The translations under genes and the position numbers were made by a program. A DNA stretch of 64,000 bases from a bacterium (GTDB lineage: Bacteria > UBA8248): the NCBI GenBank assembly GCA_965200245.1, contig CBDATS010000005.1:704001-768000 (forward strand). The letters run 5' to 3'. The number at the start of each line of letters is the position of its first letter. The stretch's first letter is position 1. The notes below the pieces were generated by a model. It was not told the origin of the DNA. It made no database searches and saw only the letters and a program-made list of their open reading frames with translations. Below are positions 19,293 to 28,589 of this stretch, piece by piece.

Positions 19293-20564
19293 TTGGATCA
19301 ACAACATCGCCTCTTCTCACCGAAACAATGGATTTTCATCGTCTCCGCTTTCGTTCTCTTGGGGCTTTTCTCAGGTCTCAATTTTCTCTTCGGCGTATTC
19401 CTGAACCCTTTGATAGATGAATTCGCCTGGAACCGATCGACGGCTTCTGCGGCGTATTCCATCAACATGGTCATGATTGCGTGCTGTTCGATGATTGCGG
19501 GCGGCTTTTCCGATAAATTCGGTACGAGACCCGTGCTGCTCATCGGAATTTTCATTGTCGGCGTTGCATTGCTCCTTTCATTCTTCATCCAGAACCTCTG
19601 GCACTACTTCCTGTTCACCGGCGTGATGGCAGGTCTCGGACGCGCTGCCATCGCAACGCCTGTGCAGGCCTTCATACAACGTAACCTCACCAGAAACCGG
19701 GGGCTTGCGACCGGACTGGCCGGTTCGGGTGCGGGTCTCGGCATTCTGGTCTTGGCGCCCCTCACCGGCTACTTCGTGAGCACGCACGGGTGGAGAAACT
19801 CCTACCTCTACCTGGGAATTCTCTTTTTCGTCGTCGCCATTCCGGCGGCCATCTCCCTGGTACCGCGAACACCGAAAAGCGGCGAGAACCCTCGGCCCCA
19901 GGAAAAACAGGAAGAGGCCGACCCGATTCTTCCCGAAGCGACCATGGGAATGCGGGAGATTCTCAAACGCAGACCCTTTTGGATGATCATCTCAAGCCAC
20001 GCCACCGACTGTATCTGCCATTCGGTGCTCATCGTTCACCTGGTGCCCATTGCTATCGAGGCAGGCATATCCCACGTACAGGCGGCAAGCCTCGTGGGCG
20101 TGATGGGACTGGGAACGCTAATCGGACGAATCAGCCTGGGCCTGCTCGCTGACCGCATCGGTGCCAAATGGGCGCTGTTCACCACCCTGGTGACACAGAC
20201 ATTACCGGTGCCCTTCCTGCTGTGGACAGATTCTCCACTCGTTTTCTACGTCATCGCCCTGATGGTCGGCACAGGCATGGGAGGTCACGGGACGATGTAT
20301 CCCGTTGTCACGCGCGAATACTACGGCCCCAGAAGAGTGGGATTTTTGTTCGGTGCGTTCATCACGGGCGCCAGTTCGGGGATGGCCACAGGCGGGTTCA
20401 TGGGCGGGCTGCTGCACGACATGACGGGCGATTACACGCTCTCCATCTTGCTCAGCTTCGCGGCTGGGGTCGCATCACTTCTGTTCGTACTCTCCTATCC
20501 CTCAAGAAAAAGTCTGCGCAGAAAAAAAGACATGGCGCACACTGTCGCTCAACCTGCAGGATAA
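19293..20564 (+). CDS. MFS transporter (monocarboxylate/OFA-like)
   Basis: About 12 TM segments, motif A 'GGFSDKFGTR' and 'GLLADRIGAK', and 'RGLATG'. Confidence 0.9.
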   Translation: MDQQHRLFSPKQWIFIVSAFVLLGLFSGLNFLFGVFLNPLIDEFAWNRSTASAAYSINMVMIACCSMIAGGFSDKFGTRPVLLIGIFIVGVALLLSFFIQNLWHYFLFTGVMAGLGRAAIATPVQAFIQRNLTRNRGLATGLAGSGAGLGILVLAPLTGYFVSTHGWRNSYLYLGILFFVVAIPAAISLVPRTPKSGENPRPQEKQEEADPILPEATMGMREILKRRPFWMIISSHATDCICHSVLIVHLVPIAIEAGISHVQAASLVGVMGLGTLIGRISLGLLADRIGAKWALFTTLVTQTLPVPFLLWTDSPLVFYVIALMVGTGMGGHGTMYPVVTREYYGPRRVGFLFGAFITGASSGMATGGFMGGLLHDMTGDYTLSILLSFAAGVASLLFVLSYPSRKSLRRKKDMAHTVAQPAG

Positions 20565-20768
20565 ACAGAATTCGCGAACCGTCTCGATGATGTCGAATCG
20601 ATAACGGTTGGACGACCTCGAACCAAAAGGAGTTCCAGGTCGCTTGAATTGGGAAGAGCAACTCTCTCCCCATAAAAACACTTTCCCCTTGAGTATTGAG
20701 CATCCTGAAGATGAGATGCCAAACACACAAGGGGGAAAAAATTCCTGCGCCTTTCGTTTCTTTTCCTC

Positions 20769-22538
20769 CTACTTCTCCGGTATCACGGGTAGCATGACAT
20801 AAGACGCAAACTCGGGTCCGCAGTGGAGCGTCACGTTTTTCCCGAAAATCTCCTCGGGCCTGTCCGTTGGGTCATCGTGCAAGAAAGGCCCGCAACCCCT
20901 GAAGACATTCTTCATGTTCGAGAGCTTGTGCGTGGTGACGCAACTGTATTCGTAGTCCTTGCCGCGCACACTGAGCGCGAGCCTGTAGCCGGGCGGTACC
21001 ACGATGCAGGTGGGCCAGACCTCGATGTCGAGTTCGTATATCTCGCCTGGGGTGAGGTATTGCTTCTCATCGTGCGCCTGGTAGGGCTTCCATTCCGTCG
21101 AGAGTTCGGGGACGAGCTTTCTGTGAGAGGCTCTCAGCCAGCCCTGCGCGATGGGCGTGTTCGGATCGAGCGTGCCCTGGAAAGTGATCTCCTTCATGTC
21201 GGGCGTGAACAGGCGCACCACGAGAAACAAGTCGGCATCCTTCGTTTCGGATGAGACGAAAAGTTTCGACGCGATGGGACCGGTGATTTCCGTCTCTTGC
21301 TCGAAGGGCGGCAGCATGAAAGTCACGCCGTCGCTGAACCCTCCGTAAGTGATGGTCTGCGCATCGGCGATGGGCGCGGTGTCGAGGCTCATATGGACTG
21401 GGTTGAGATAAAACTTCGTCCACTGCGTTCTAGCGAGGGGCCATTCGTTCTCGCCTCGTTCGACGAATTTCTCGCCCACGTGGCGCACCTTGAGCATGAC
21501 GGGTGGCTTCTCCATCCAGCCAGTGTCCCCGCCCTTGAGATAGTGGCCGAAAAACTGCTTCTGGAGTTTCTCCCCGTATGGGGTGTAGAACTCCGTCCAG
21601 TGCTCGAGACCATGGACTTCCAGCCACTTTTCCGTAGATGCCGCGCGCATGAAACCCTCGTAGTTCCCCCTGGGATGGAGACCCTGCCCGCCCCAACTCG
21701 CCGCCGAGATGAAGGGCGTCTTTATCTTCTCCCAGTGAGCAGATCGGTCCCGGTACCACTCGCCGTCCAGCGGACGTTCGAGAACGTCGCCGCCGAAGTC
21801 CGATCGATTCTTTGCGAGTTCTTCCTCGCTCAGGGTGTCGGGGCCGCAGACCAGACCACCGTGTACGCGGCTTTTGGGGCCGTTTTCACCCAGACCGTGC
21901 TGCACGGATTTCACCTGCATGTCGCACCAGTTTGTCAGGAACGTGGTGAGGATGCCTCCCTGGTGACTCATGTCGCGGTAGAAGTCCGCCGCACCCTCCC
22001 AGATGCACATGGCTTCGAGGTGCTTGGGCTGGAGACCCGCGACATGCCACTGGTTGATGGCGTAGTACGATATGCCCGTGAGGCCCACCTTGCCGTTGCA
22101 CCAAGGCTGCTTGCCAGCCCATTCAACACAGATGGCGAAGTCTTTCGCCTCGCGCATGGAGAAGTGGTCGATGTAGCCCGGCGAGCGGCCCGCTCCGCGC
22201 GAGTCCACGCGGATGCAGATGTAGCCGTCGGGCACCCATTTCTCGGGATCCACGACCTCCCAACTCTGGTGGATGTTCGAAGAACCCGCGACTGCGTCGG
22301 GATGCCCCTCGGAGAAAATCTCCCACACCGTTTCGTAGCCATCCTGCCAGGCCAAGTCTTTCGCGTATGGGCCGTAGCTCAGGATGACGGGGTATTTTCC
22401 GGCGTCATCGGGCCGGTAGACGTTCGCCCGCAGCACCAAACCGTCCTCCATCTGGATGGGAACGTCCCATTCGATGAGAAAACCGTGCCGTTTTTCGGTT
22501 CGGTATTGCGGATCCGTGCTCAGGTCGATATCACTCAT
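20769..22538 (-). CDS. CocE/NonD family hydrolase, copy 2
   Basis: 'LRANVYRP', 'YGPYAKD', 'DSRGAGRSPG', nucleophile 'GISYY' and a C-terminal PepX_C-like domain. Confidence 0.92.
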   Translation of the reverse strand: MSDIDLSTDPQYRTEKRHGFLIEWDVPIQMEDGLVLRANVYRPDDAGKYPVILSYGPYAKDLAWQDGYETVWEIFSEGHPDAVAGSSNIHQSWEVVDPEKWVPDGYICIRVDSRGAGRSPGYIDHFSMREAKDFAICVEWAGKQPWCNGKVGLTGISYYAINQWHVAGLQPKHLEAMCIWEGAADFYRDMSHQGGILTTFLTNWCDMQVKSVQHGLGENGPKSRVHGGLVCGPDTLSEEELAKNRSDFGGDVLERPLDGEWYRDRSAHWEKIKTPFISAASWGGQGLHPRGNYEGFMRAASTEKWLEVHGLEHWTEFYTPYGEKLQKQFFGHYLKGGDTGWMEKPPVMLKVRHVGEKFVERGENEWPLARTQWTKFYLNPVHMSLDTAPIADAQTITYGGFSDGVTFMLPPFEQETEITGPIASKLFVSSETKDADLFLVVRLFTPDMKEITFQGTLDPNTPIAQGWLRASHRKLVPELSTEWKPYQAHDEKQYLTPGEIYELDIEVWPTCIVVPPGYRLALSVRGKDYEYSCVTTHKLSNMKNVFRGCGPFLHDDPTDRPEEIFGKNVTLHCGPEFASYVMLPVIPEK

Positions 22539-22578
22539 TTTCACCTCATCTCGCAAATGGGAAATTTTATATTCTGCG

Positions 22579-24333
22579 TTATTTCTCAGGAATTATGGGC
22601 AGCATCACGTAGGCCCCTTGCTCCCCGCCGCAATGGAGCGTCACGTTCCTGCCGAACACTTCGGCCGGCCTGTCCTTGGGGTCGTTATGAATGAAGCAAC
22701 CGCAGCCCGTGAATTCGTTTTTCATGTTGGACAGGCCGCCGCCCGATCCGCCGGGATATCCATAGTCTTTGCCGCGCACCGTGAAGGCAATGCGGTAGCC
22801 GGGCGGAATCACGATGCAGGTGGGCCAGATTTCGATGTCGAGTTCATATATCTCACCTGGCGTCAGGGGCTGTTCCTCATCATGCGTGTGATACGGCCTG
22901 TAGGGCAGGGTCTTTTCGGGGTCGATTTTCCGGTGCGAGGCTCTCAGCCAGCCCTGCGCGATGGGTGTGTGCGGATCGAGCGCACCCTGAAATACGACTT
23001 CCTCCATGTTCGGGGTGAAGACGCGTACCACGAGGAACATGTCCGCGTCCTTGACCTCGGACGACACAAAGAGCTTGGCCGCGATGGGACCGGTGACTTC
23101 TGTTTCTTCCGCAATCGGCGGTGTGGTGAAGGTGACACCGTCGCTGAAACCTGCATAGGTGGTCGTGGCCGCCTCTTCAACGGGAGCGCCTTCGAGCGAG
23201 TGGTTCTTGGCGTTGAGATAAAATTTCGTCCACCGAGTCCTAGCCAGGGGCCATTCATTCTCGTGCCGCTCAACGAAGCGTTCGCCCGGATGGCGAACCT
23301 GCAGCAGCACGCGGGGATGATCCGGCCAGCCGGTGTCCTCGCCCTTCAGGTAATGGCCAAAAAACTTCTTCTGCATATTGACGCCATAGTCGGTATAGAA
23401 CTCCGTCCAGTGCTCGATGCCGTGGACCTCAAGCCATTTCTCTTCGCAACCCGTTTCGAGAAATCCTTCGAAGTTTCCGCGCGGATGAAGACCCTGCCCG
23501 CCCCAATTGGCGGAGGAGAGTAGAGGTACTTGTATTTTGCTGAAGTCCGGCATTCTCGATTGCCAGAATTCGTCGGTGTCCAGCTTGTGGGAGAAGCAGT
23601 CCTCGCCGAAATCGTTTCGGTTTGCGCCGAGTTCTTCTTCTGTCAAGGTCGGGGGGCCGGAGACCCAGTCGCCCGTGAAACGGCTCTTGAATCCGCGCTT
23701 GCCACGTCCATGCTGGACGCTGTAGACCTGCATCTCGGGCCAGTTGCGCGCGAAGCCGTTGCAGAAGATGCCGCCGTGGTGGGCCATTTCGCGATAGAAA
23801 TCAGCCGCGCCCTCCCAAATGCACATGGCGGCGAGATGCGGCGGCCGCATGCCTCCCACCTGCCACTGGTTCATGCCGTAATACGAGATGCCGTTCAGCC
23901 CGATCTTGCCAGTACTCCAGGGCTGCACGGCTGCCCATTCGATGCACTGGTAGAAATCTTGCGCCTCGCGTGCCGACCAGATGTCGATGACGCCCGGCGA
24001 ACGGCCCGCGCCACGCGAGTCCACGCGGATGCAGACGTAGCCGTCGGGCACCCATTTCTCGGGGTCCACGACTTCCCAGTTCTGATACTTGTTGGTGGAA
24101 CCTGCGGGCACGTCGGGGTGTTCTTCGACCATGCGCGTCCAGCAGGTCTCATAGAGATCCTCGAAATGGAGGTATTTCCCATAGGGGCCATACGTCATGA
24201 TGACCGGGTATTTCCCCTCATCGTCCCGGGGGCGATAGACATCGCACCGCAGGACAACACCGTCTTCCATGGGAATGGGCACGTCCCAGTCGATACGCAT
24301 TCCGTCCCTGTCTTCGGTCTTGTAATCGCTCAT
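22579..24333 (-). CDS. CocE/NonD family hydrolase, copy 1
   Basis: Same motifs as the adjacent paralog ('GISYYGMNQW'). Confidence 0.92.
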   Translation of the reverse strand: MSDYKTEDRDGMRIDWDVPIPMEDGVVLRCDVYRPRDDEGKYPVIMTYGPYGKYLHFEDLYETCWTRMVEEHPDVPAGSTNKYQNWEVVDPEKWVPDGYVCIRVDSRGAGRSPGVIDIWSAREAQDFYQCIEWAAVQPWSTGKIGLNGISYYGMNQWQVGGMRPPHLAAMCIWEGAADFYREMAHHGGIFCNGFARNWPEMQVYSVQHGRGKRGFKSRFTGDWVSGPPTLTEEELGANRNDFGEDCFSHKLDTDEFWQSRMPDFSKIQVPLLSSANWGGQGLHPRGNFEGFLETGCEEKWLEVHGIEHWTEFYTDYGVNMQKKFFGHYLKGEDTGWPDHPRVLLQVRHPGERFVERHENEWPLARTRWTKFYLNAKNHSLEGAPVEEAATTTYAGFSDGVTFTTPPIAEETEVTGPIAAKLFVSSEVKDADMFLVVRVFTPNMEEVVFQGALDPHTPIAQGWLRASHRKIDPEKTLPYRPYHTHDEEQPLTPGEIYELDIEIWPTCIVIPPGYRIAFTVRGKDYGYPGGSGGGLSNMKNEFTGCGCFIHNDPKDRPAEVFGRNVTLHCGGEQGAYVMLPIIPEK

Positions 24334-24540
24334 TCGGCTTTTCTCCTCGGTTCAACGAAGATATTTGAATGCGGGCGGCGCGGTTGGCCACCGTGGAAAT
24401 TTGGTTGTCGGTTCGGTGAACGCCGCAATTATAGCGGCCTTGCGCTCCGTGATCCAGATGAGAGAGGAATTTCAGGTGATTCTTCATCGGGGGTAAATCG
24501 GTGCTTTTGCGGTGGAAGCGCGATTCCTGAGCCTAGTGGC

Positions 24541-24571
24541 CACAGGTACGGTTCACGAACCGCCCTTATGG
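24541..24571. repeat. Degenerate REP-like palindrome
   Basis: CACAGGTACGGTTC-AC-GAACCGCCCTTATG is an imperfect stem in intergenic DNA. Confidence 0.4.
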
Positions 24572-24650
24572 GAATGCAGATAGCCGTGATTCCGGGATAC
24601 GTTAGAACCACGATGTCGCTTTCCATCCCAAATCGTTGGGAGAAGTCCTC

Positions 24651-25682
24651 TCAGATCGTGCGATACGCCTGCGTAATGGCACGGCTCGATGTGTTCCAGC
24701 CGGGTATGACGAGGCAGGAGGGGCCGGGAATTCCCCCTGCGACGATCAGGAGAATGTCTTCGGGTTCGTGCACCATCGGGGCGAGAGAATCGTCGTCATC
24801 GTGATCCACCCACTCCGGCCAGCGCGAGAGTTCACGCCCCCGGTAGCGTCCACCTTTTTTCAAGACACCTACGGGCATTCTCGCACGCTCGAAGAGCTCA
24901 CGCTTCACGTCCGCACGGCTCAGGCCCCCCCTCGTCAGGATTTCGGCGTGATCGGGCGCGATGACAACCACCCAGTTCGTTTGCGTGTAGGCCGTCGTGG
25001 AACCCATGGTGCACATGGTATTCGAAATCGTGGTGAGGACACCTTCGGGCTTGGCACTCACGTCGTCCATCGCCAGGCGGGGGGCTTCGGCATTGCAGAC
25101 GGTGAGGACGTCAGCATCCCGCCCGAAGCCGAAATCGATCGGCATCGGCTCCCAAGGGCTTTGCTCCTCGTTCTCGCGGACGCAGTAGGTGAACTTGGAG
25201 GGACTACCGAATGTGCTCATATCCGAGACGCCAGGAATGCCGCCACCCAGGTTCATCATGATCAGTCTTATCGCCCGGCCGATGGTGGCGTTCGCGCGAA
25301 AGCCCGGGCCGAAACAACCTGATCCCCCATGAATGCCGATCTCCCGTGCGTAAGGGCCGTTCAGAATCAAGAGAGGCCCTCCGGTGAACATGGTAGCCTG
25401 GATGCCCACGAGGTTGAAACGCTCGATAAGCATAGCTTCGATGGCTCCCAACACTACGGGCAAGTATTCAGGCTTGCAGCCCGCCATCAGGGAGTGCAAG
25501 GCGACACTCTCCACCGTCGCCGTGTTGAGCGAGGGCGGAATGTCACCCAGCACCTCGCCCGGATCTCGGCCTGCGCCGCTCAGCATCCAAGCAAGGCGCT
25601 CGTGCGTGGGCGTCACAACGGGTAGTCCGTCCGACCAAGGCATATCGAAGAAATATTCGAATGGGTCCTGCGTTTCGTTCAT
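24651..25682 (-). CDS. Conserved hypothetical protein of the family usually paired with UGSC/thioredoxin-like (seleno)proteins
   Basis: 'WSDGLPVVTPT', 'MAGCKPEYLPVV', 'GPGFRANATIGRAIRL' and 'ENEEQSPW'. Family recognised from memory. Confidence 0.7.
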   Translation of the reverse strand: MNETQDPFEYFFDMPWSDGLPVVTPTHERLAWMLSGAGRDPGEVLGDIPPSLNTATVESVALHSLMAGCKPEYLPVVLGAIEAMLIERFNLVGIQATMFTGGPLLILNGPYAREIGIHGGSGCFGPGFRANATIGRAIRLIMMNLGGGIPGVSDMSTFGSPSKFTYCVRENEEQSPWEPMPIDFGFGRDADVLTVCNAEAPRLAMDDVSAKPEGVLTTISNTMCTMGSTTAYTQTNWVVVIAPDHAEILTRGGLSRADVKRELFERARMPVGVLKKGGRYRGRELSRWPEWVDHDDDDSLAPMVHEPEDILLIVAGGIPGPSCLVIPGWNTSSRAITQAYRTI

Positions 25683-25691
25683 TGCATGTCC

Positions 25692-26585
25692 TTAGAGGGT
25701 GAGGTTGTAGAACTTTACTGCGTTTTCGAACGACACCTTGCGGATCGCCTCATCAGAGAGACCCGCGTTCCGCATGGCGCGCAGCGTCTTGGGAATCGAG
25801 AGAATGTCTATAGGCCTATATCCCAGATGGTCTGAGTTCAGCATAATCCTGTCCGGTCCGAACCTTTCCACCCATTCGATGACCTGAGCAGGCTGTAAGG
25901 GCCTGAGCGCGCTGCCGATACTGATGGCGCACATGGCGCGCGAGTGCTCGTGGATGTGCTCGACCGTCGTGGCGTCGGTGTGATCAACTGCGACCTTGGC
26001 TTCATCGAAACCTGTTTTCCGGATGATTTCCAGGTCTTTCTGCATGTAGTGGAGTCGGATCTGCTCGGGCGGCACGTCCGCCTGCACAGCGACATTTCCG
26101 AGAAAATCCTTGCTCTTCTTGGGCGTCGGCGTATGCAGGATGATGGGTTTATCGTATTTTTTCGCGAGTTCTGCCTGCACTTCGAGGCATGCGGCTTGTT
26201 CTTCCATCGGCCAGGTAAGGGAGAAATACTGCGTGGGGTCGAGGCCAATCTCGCCCAGGGCGACGACGTTTTCGTCTTCCAGGAAACCGGGAATCTCCTC
26301 CAGCAGTTTTTCCCAGTCGTTCACTCGCGTCATCGAACTGATACCGACCGCGCAGCGAATCTGGATGAAGTGCTGCGCCTCCAGTGCCCGGACCATTTCT
26401 ATTGGCCCTTCCCAGAAACGCATGATGTCGTCGTAACCCGGCGCCTCCTGCCACACCTCTCGGTAGAGGTGAGGGTTGCCGCAGGAGAGCACGGCCGCAC
26501 GCATGCCCGTCGTGCCGAGCAACTCCCACTCGTCCCAGTTCAAGGCGTGCATGTGGTTGTGGCTGTCGATGTATTCGTCGAACAC
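25692..26585 (-). CDS. TatD-like metal-dependent hydrolase (amidohydrolase superfamily)
   Basis: 'IDSHNH', 'VALGEIGLD', 'PIILHTP', 'VDH' and 'LNSD'. Confidence 0.82.
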   Translation of the reverse strand: MFDEYIDSHNHMHALNWDEWELLGTTGMRAAVLSCGNPHLYREVWQEAPGYDDIMRFWEGPIEMVRALEAQHFIQIRCAVGISSMTRVNDWEKLLEEIPGFLEDENVVALGEIGLDPTQYFSLTWPMEEQAACLEVQAELAKKYDKPIILHTPTPKKSKDFLGNVAVQADVPPEQIRLHYMQKDLEIIRKTGFDEAKVAVDHTDATTVEHIHEHSRAMCAISIGSALRPLQPAQVIEWVERFGPDRIMLNSDHLGYRPIDILSIPKTLRAMRNAGLSDEAIRKVSFENAVKFYNLTL

Positions 26586-27279
26586 CGGAATCTCTCCGCT
26601 CGCTGAATGGTTTGAGACTCAACCTATCTGCGTGGACACCGGGGGTCAAGGGGGAATTCTCCATCGGGTGGACTGGAGGAGGTTCTCGCCGATCCATGAG
26701 GTCGGCCTGCTTCGGCGCGGAAAACCGCCTTGCGCGGCCTGGTTCATATGTCGGTTGGTAGTTGCGGGTTTCGCTTCCATTTCATCGGTGCGCCGGTTTT
26801 TTCATCCGGCGCTTTCTTGTAGTGAGTGACTAAATGTTTCGAATGCTTAAATTCGCCGCGTAGCTGGTGCCATCGCTTCTCAACGCTCCCGGCGGATGAA
26901 TGCACGAGACCCAGTTCTGTCTTCCCTTTCAACGCATCCCCTATCTTTATCGTGCGCCCGGCAACACGCGGAAGGCGAGCGGTGCCTGTGCCAAGCGTTA
27001 CACCCTCCATCACCCTTGCGCGACTATAGTCAATGCATGATCATTTCAATGGGACACAACCCCAAATTCCGCTGATGGTCGATCCTGATATCGGAAAGTC
27101 ATGTAACCGTAAGTTCTTTCGAAACTTCTTAGATAATTTGGAATTTTGGAGACTCGCGAGAAACAAGAGTATCTTCCTTATGACCCTAGCACAATGAACG
27201 GAGTGTTAGATGTATATACAGGGAAGAAAAGTACCGTATCCAGAAAATAGGGATTTATATACAAAAGTCTGCACAGGTA

Positions 27280-27447
27280 CTACATTTTCTTCAATTCCCA
27301 CCTTTCCATATTGCCTTCCAGCTTCCATTTCTGATCCAGTTCTTCGCGCGAAGGCGTACGCTTTTCCAGATTCTCTTTCCGAACTTCGCGTAGCAGAATA
27401 TGCTTTACCGCATCTTCAAATTGCTGTTTTGTAATTTCTTCATTCAT
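27280..27447 (-). CDS. Small hypothetical protein (55 aa) in the AT-rich islet
   Basis: MNEEITKQQFEDAVKHILLREVRKENLEKRTPSREELDQKWKLEGNMERWELKKM*, with a purine-rich RBS. It is divergent from the repeat-protein gene. Confidence 0.55.
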   Translation of the reverse strand: MNEEITKQQFEDAVKHILLREVRKENLEKRTPSREELDQKWKLEGNMERWELKKM

Positions 27448-27573
27448 TTTTGGATATCCCCTGTTCTTGAGGGAACTTGCCGTATAAATAAGTAGAGGAT
27501 TAGTAAATCTTGGTTTTATTCCAAAAGGAGTTTTGGAGTAAGATCAGAGAGGGATGTAAAGGAGACCAATATC

Positions 27574-28550
27574 ATGAGTGAATCAGAAAAGGTCGAGTAC
27601 CAAGTAGTCGATGGAATCAAGTATACGTTTGTTAATGGTGAGAGAAAGTATCAATATGAAGATAATTATGACACAGTAAAGATTAGAGTGGGTCTTGAAG
27701 GCGATGAACTTGAGAAATTCGAGAAACACTTGAAAGGGAACAATGGGAACCCGAGGGGCTGACCGGCGACCCACGCTCACCTGATGTCGAGGTGAGAAGG
27801 CAATTTTTCAGGCATTTTTACGATACGGAGGAAGAGGTCGAAGCCAATGCGAATCGAAAATTCCACATCCCGAGAGCACTTTATGAATGGTTGTATTGGG
27901 CTGAGGCTGTACCCGACGCTCCTGATCTGTCAAACCTAATGAAAATACAAGAATCTCTTTATGAGAAATCTCATGCTCCTAAGACTTTTAATGAATTCAT
28001 GAAATGGGTGGAGAGTCAGCCCAGCACTCCTGATCTGTCCCATCTTAGAAAGGCATATATTGAGGAGGCGGAGGATCCGGAGAGTTGGATTGGGTACAAA
28101 AATGAACTTTCAAATTGGTTGTATTGGGCTGAGCGTTTACCAGGTACCCCCGATCTGTCAAACCTAAAGGAAATACTGTCAGTATCTCTTTATGAGAAAT
28201 TTTACGAGGACAAGTTTTTTGGTGAGTTCATGGAATGGGTAGTGAGTCAACTCAACACCACTGATCTGTCCCGTCTTAGAGAAGCATATAAAGAGGAAAT
28301 GGCGAATCAGAAATACATCGCATCTAAAAAAATCTATGAATGGCTACTTTGGGCAGAGGATGTACCAAGCACCCCCGATCTATCAAACCTAAAAGAAACA
28401 CAAGAATCTCTTTATGAAGAATCTCTTTATATGGGCTATAATGACTCGAAGACTTTTGATGATTTCATGGAATGGGTAGAGAGTCAGCCAGATGCTCCTG
28501 ATCTGTCCCACCTTAGAAAAGAATATCAAATCCAATCGGACAAAAAATAA
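27574..28550 (+). CDS. Hypothetical W/PDLS tandem-repeat protein, split by a probable frameshift near 27730
   Basis: AAAGGAGA RBS before ATG 27574. The second ORF's frame is open from 27714 and overlaps the first ORF. There are three ~76-aa repeats. Confidence 0.65.
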
Positions 28551-28589
28551 GTTTTAGAGATGGGATAATTAAGAAAAACTGGTTTGGAC

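Noticed and set aside
24334-24650. Hidden UGSC selenoprotein next to the conserved hypothetical gene
   Set aside because: Manual reading found no thioredoxin-like ORF with a UGSC/CGSC motif.
21297-24804. Long + strand ORFs (465, 355 and 424 aa) opposite the CocE genes
   Set aside because: Antisense shadows of high-GC coding sequence with no recognisable motifs.
26620-27100. ORFs 26744..27013 and neighbours
   Set aside because: No motif, RBS or codon pattern that I can support.
27790-28550. Recurring DNA words as a CRISPR array
   Set aside because: The repeats are in-frame, degenerate and coding, with no constant repeat-spacer pattern and no cas genes.
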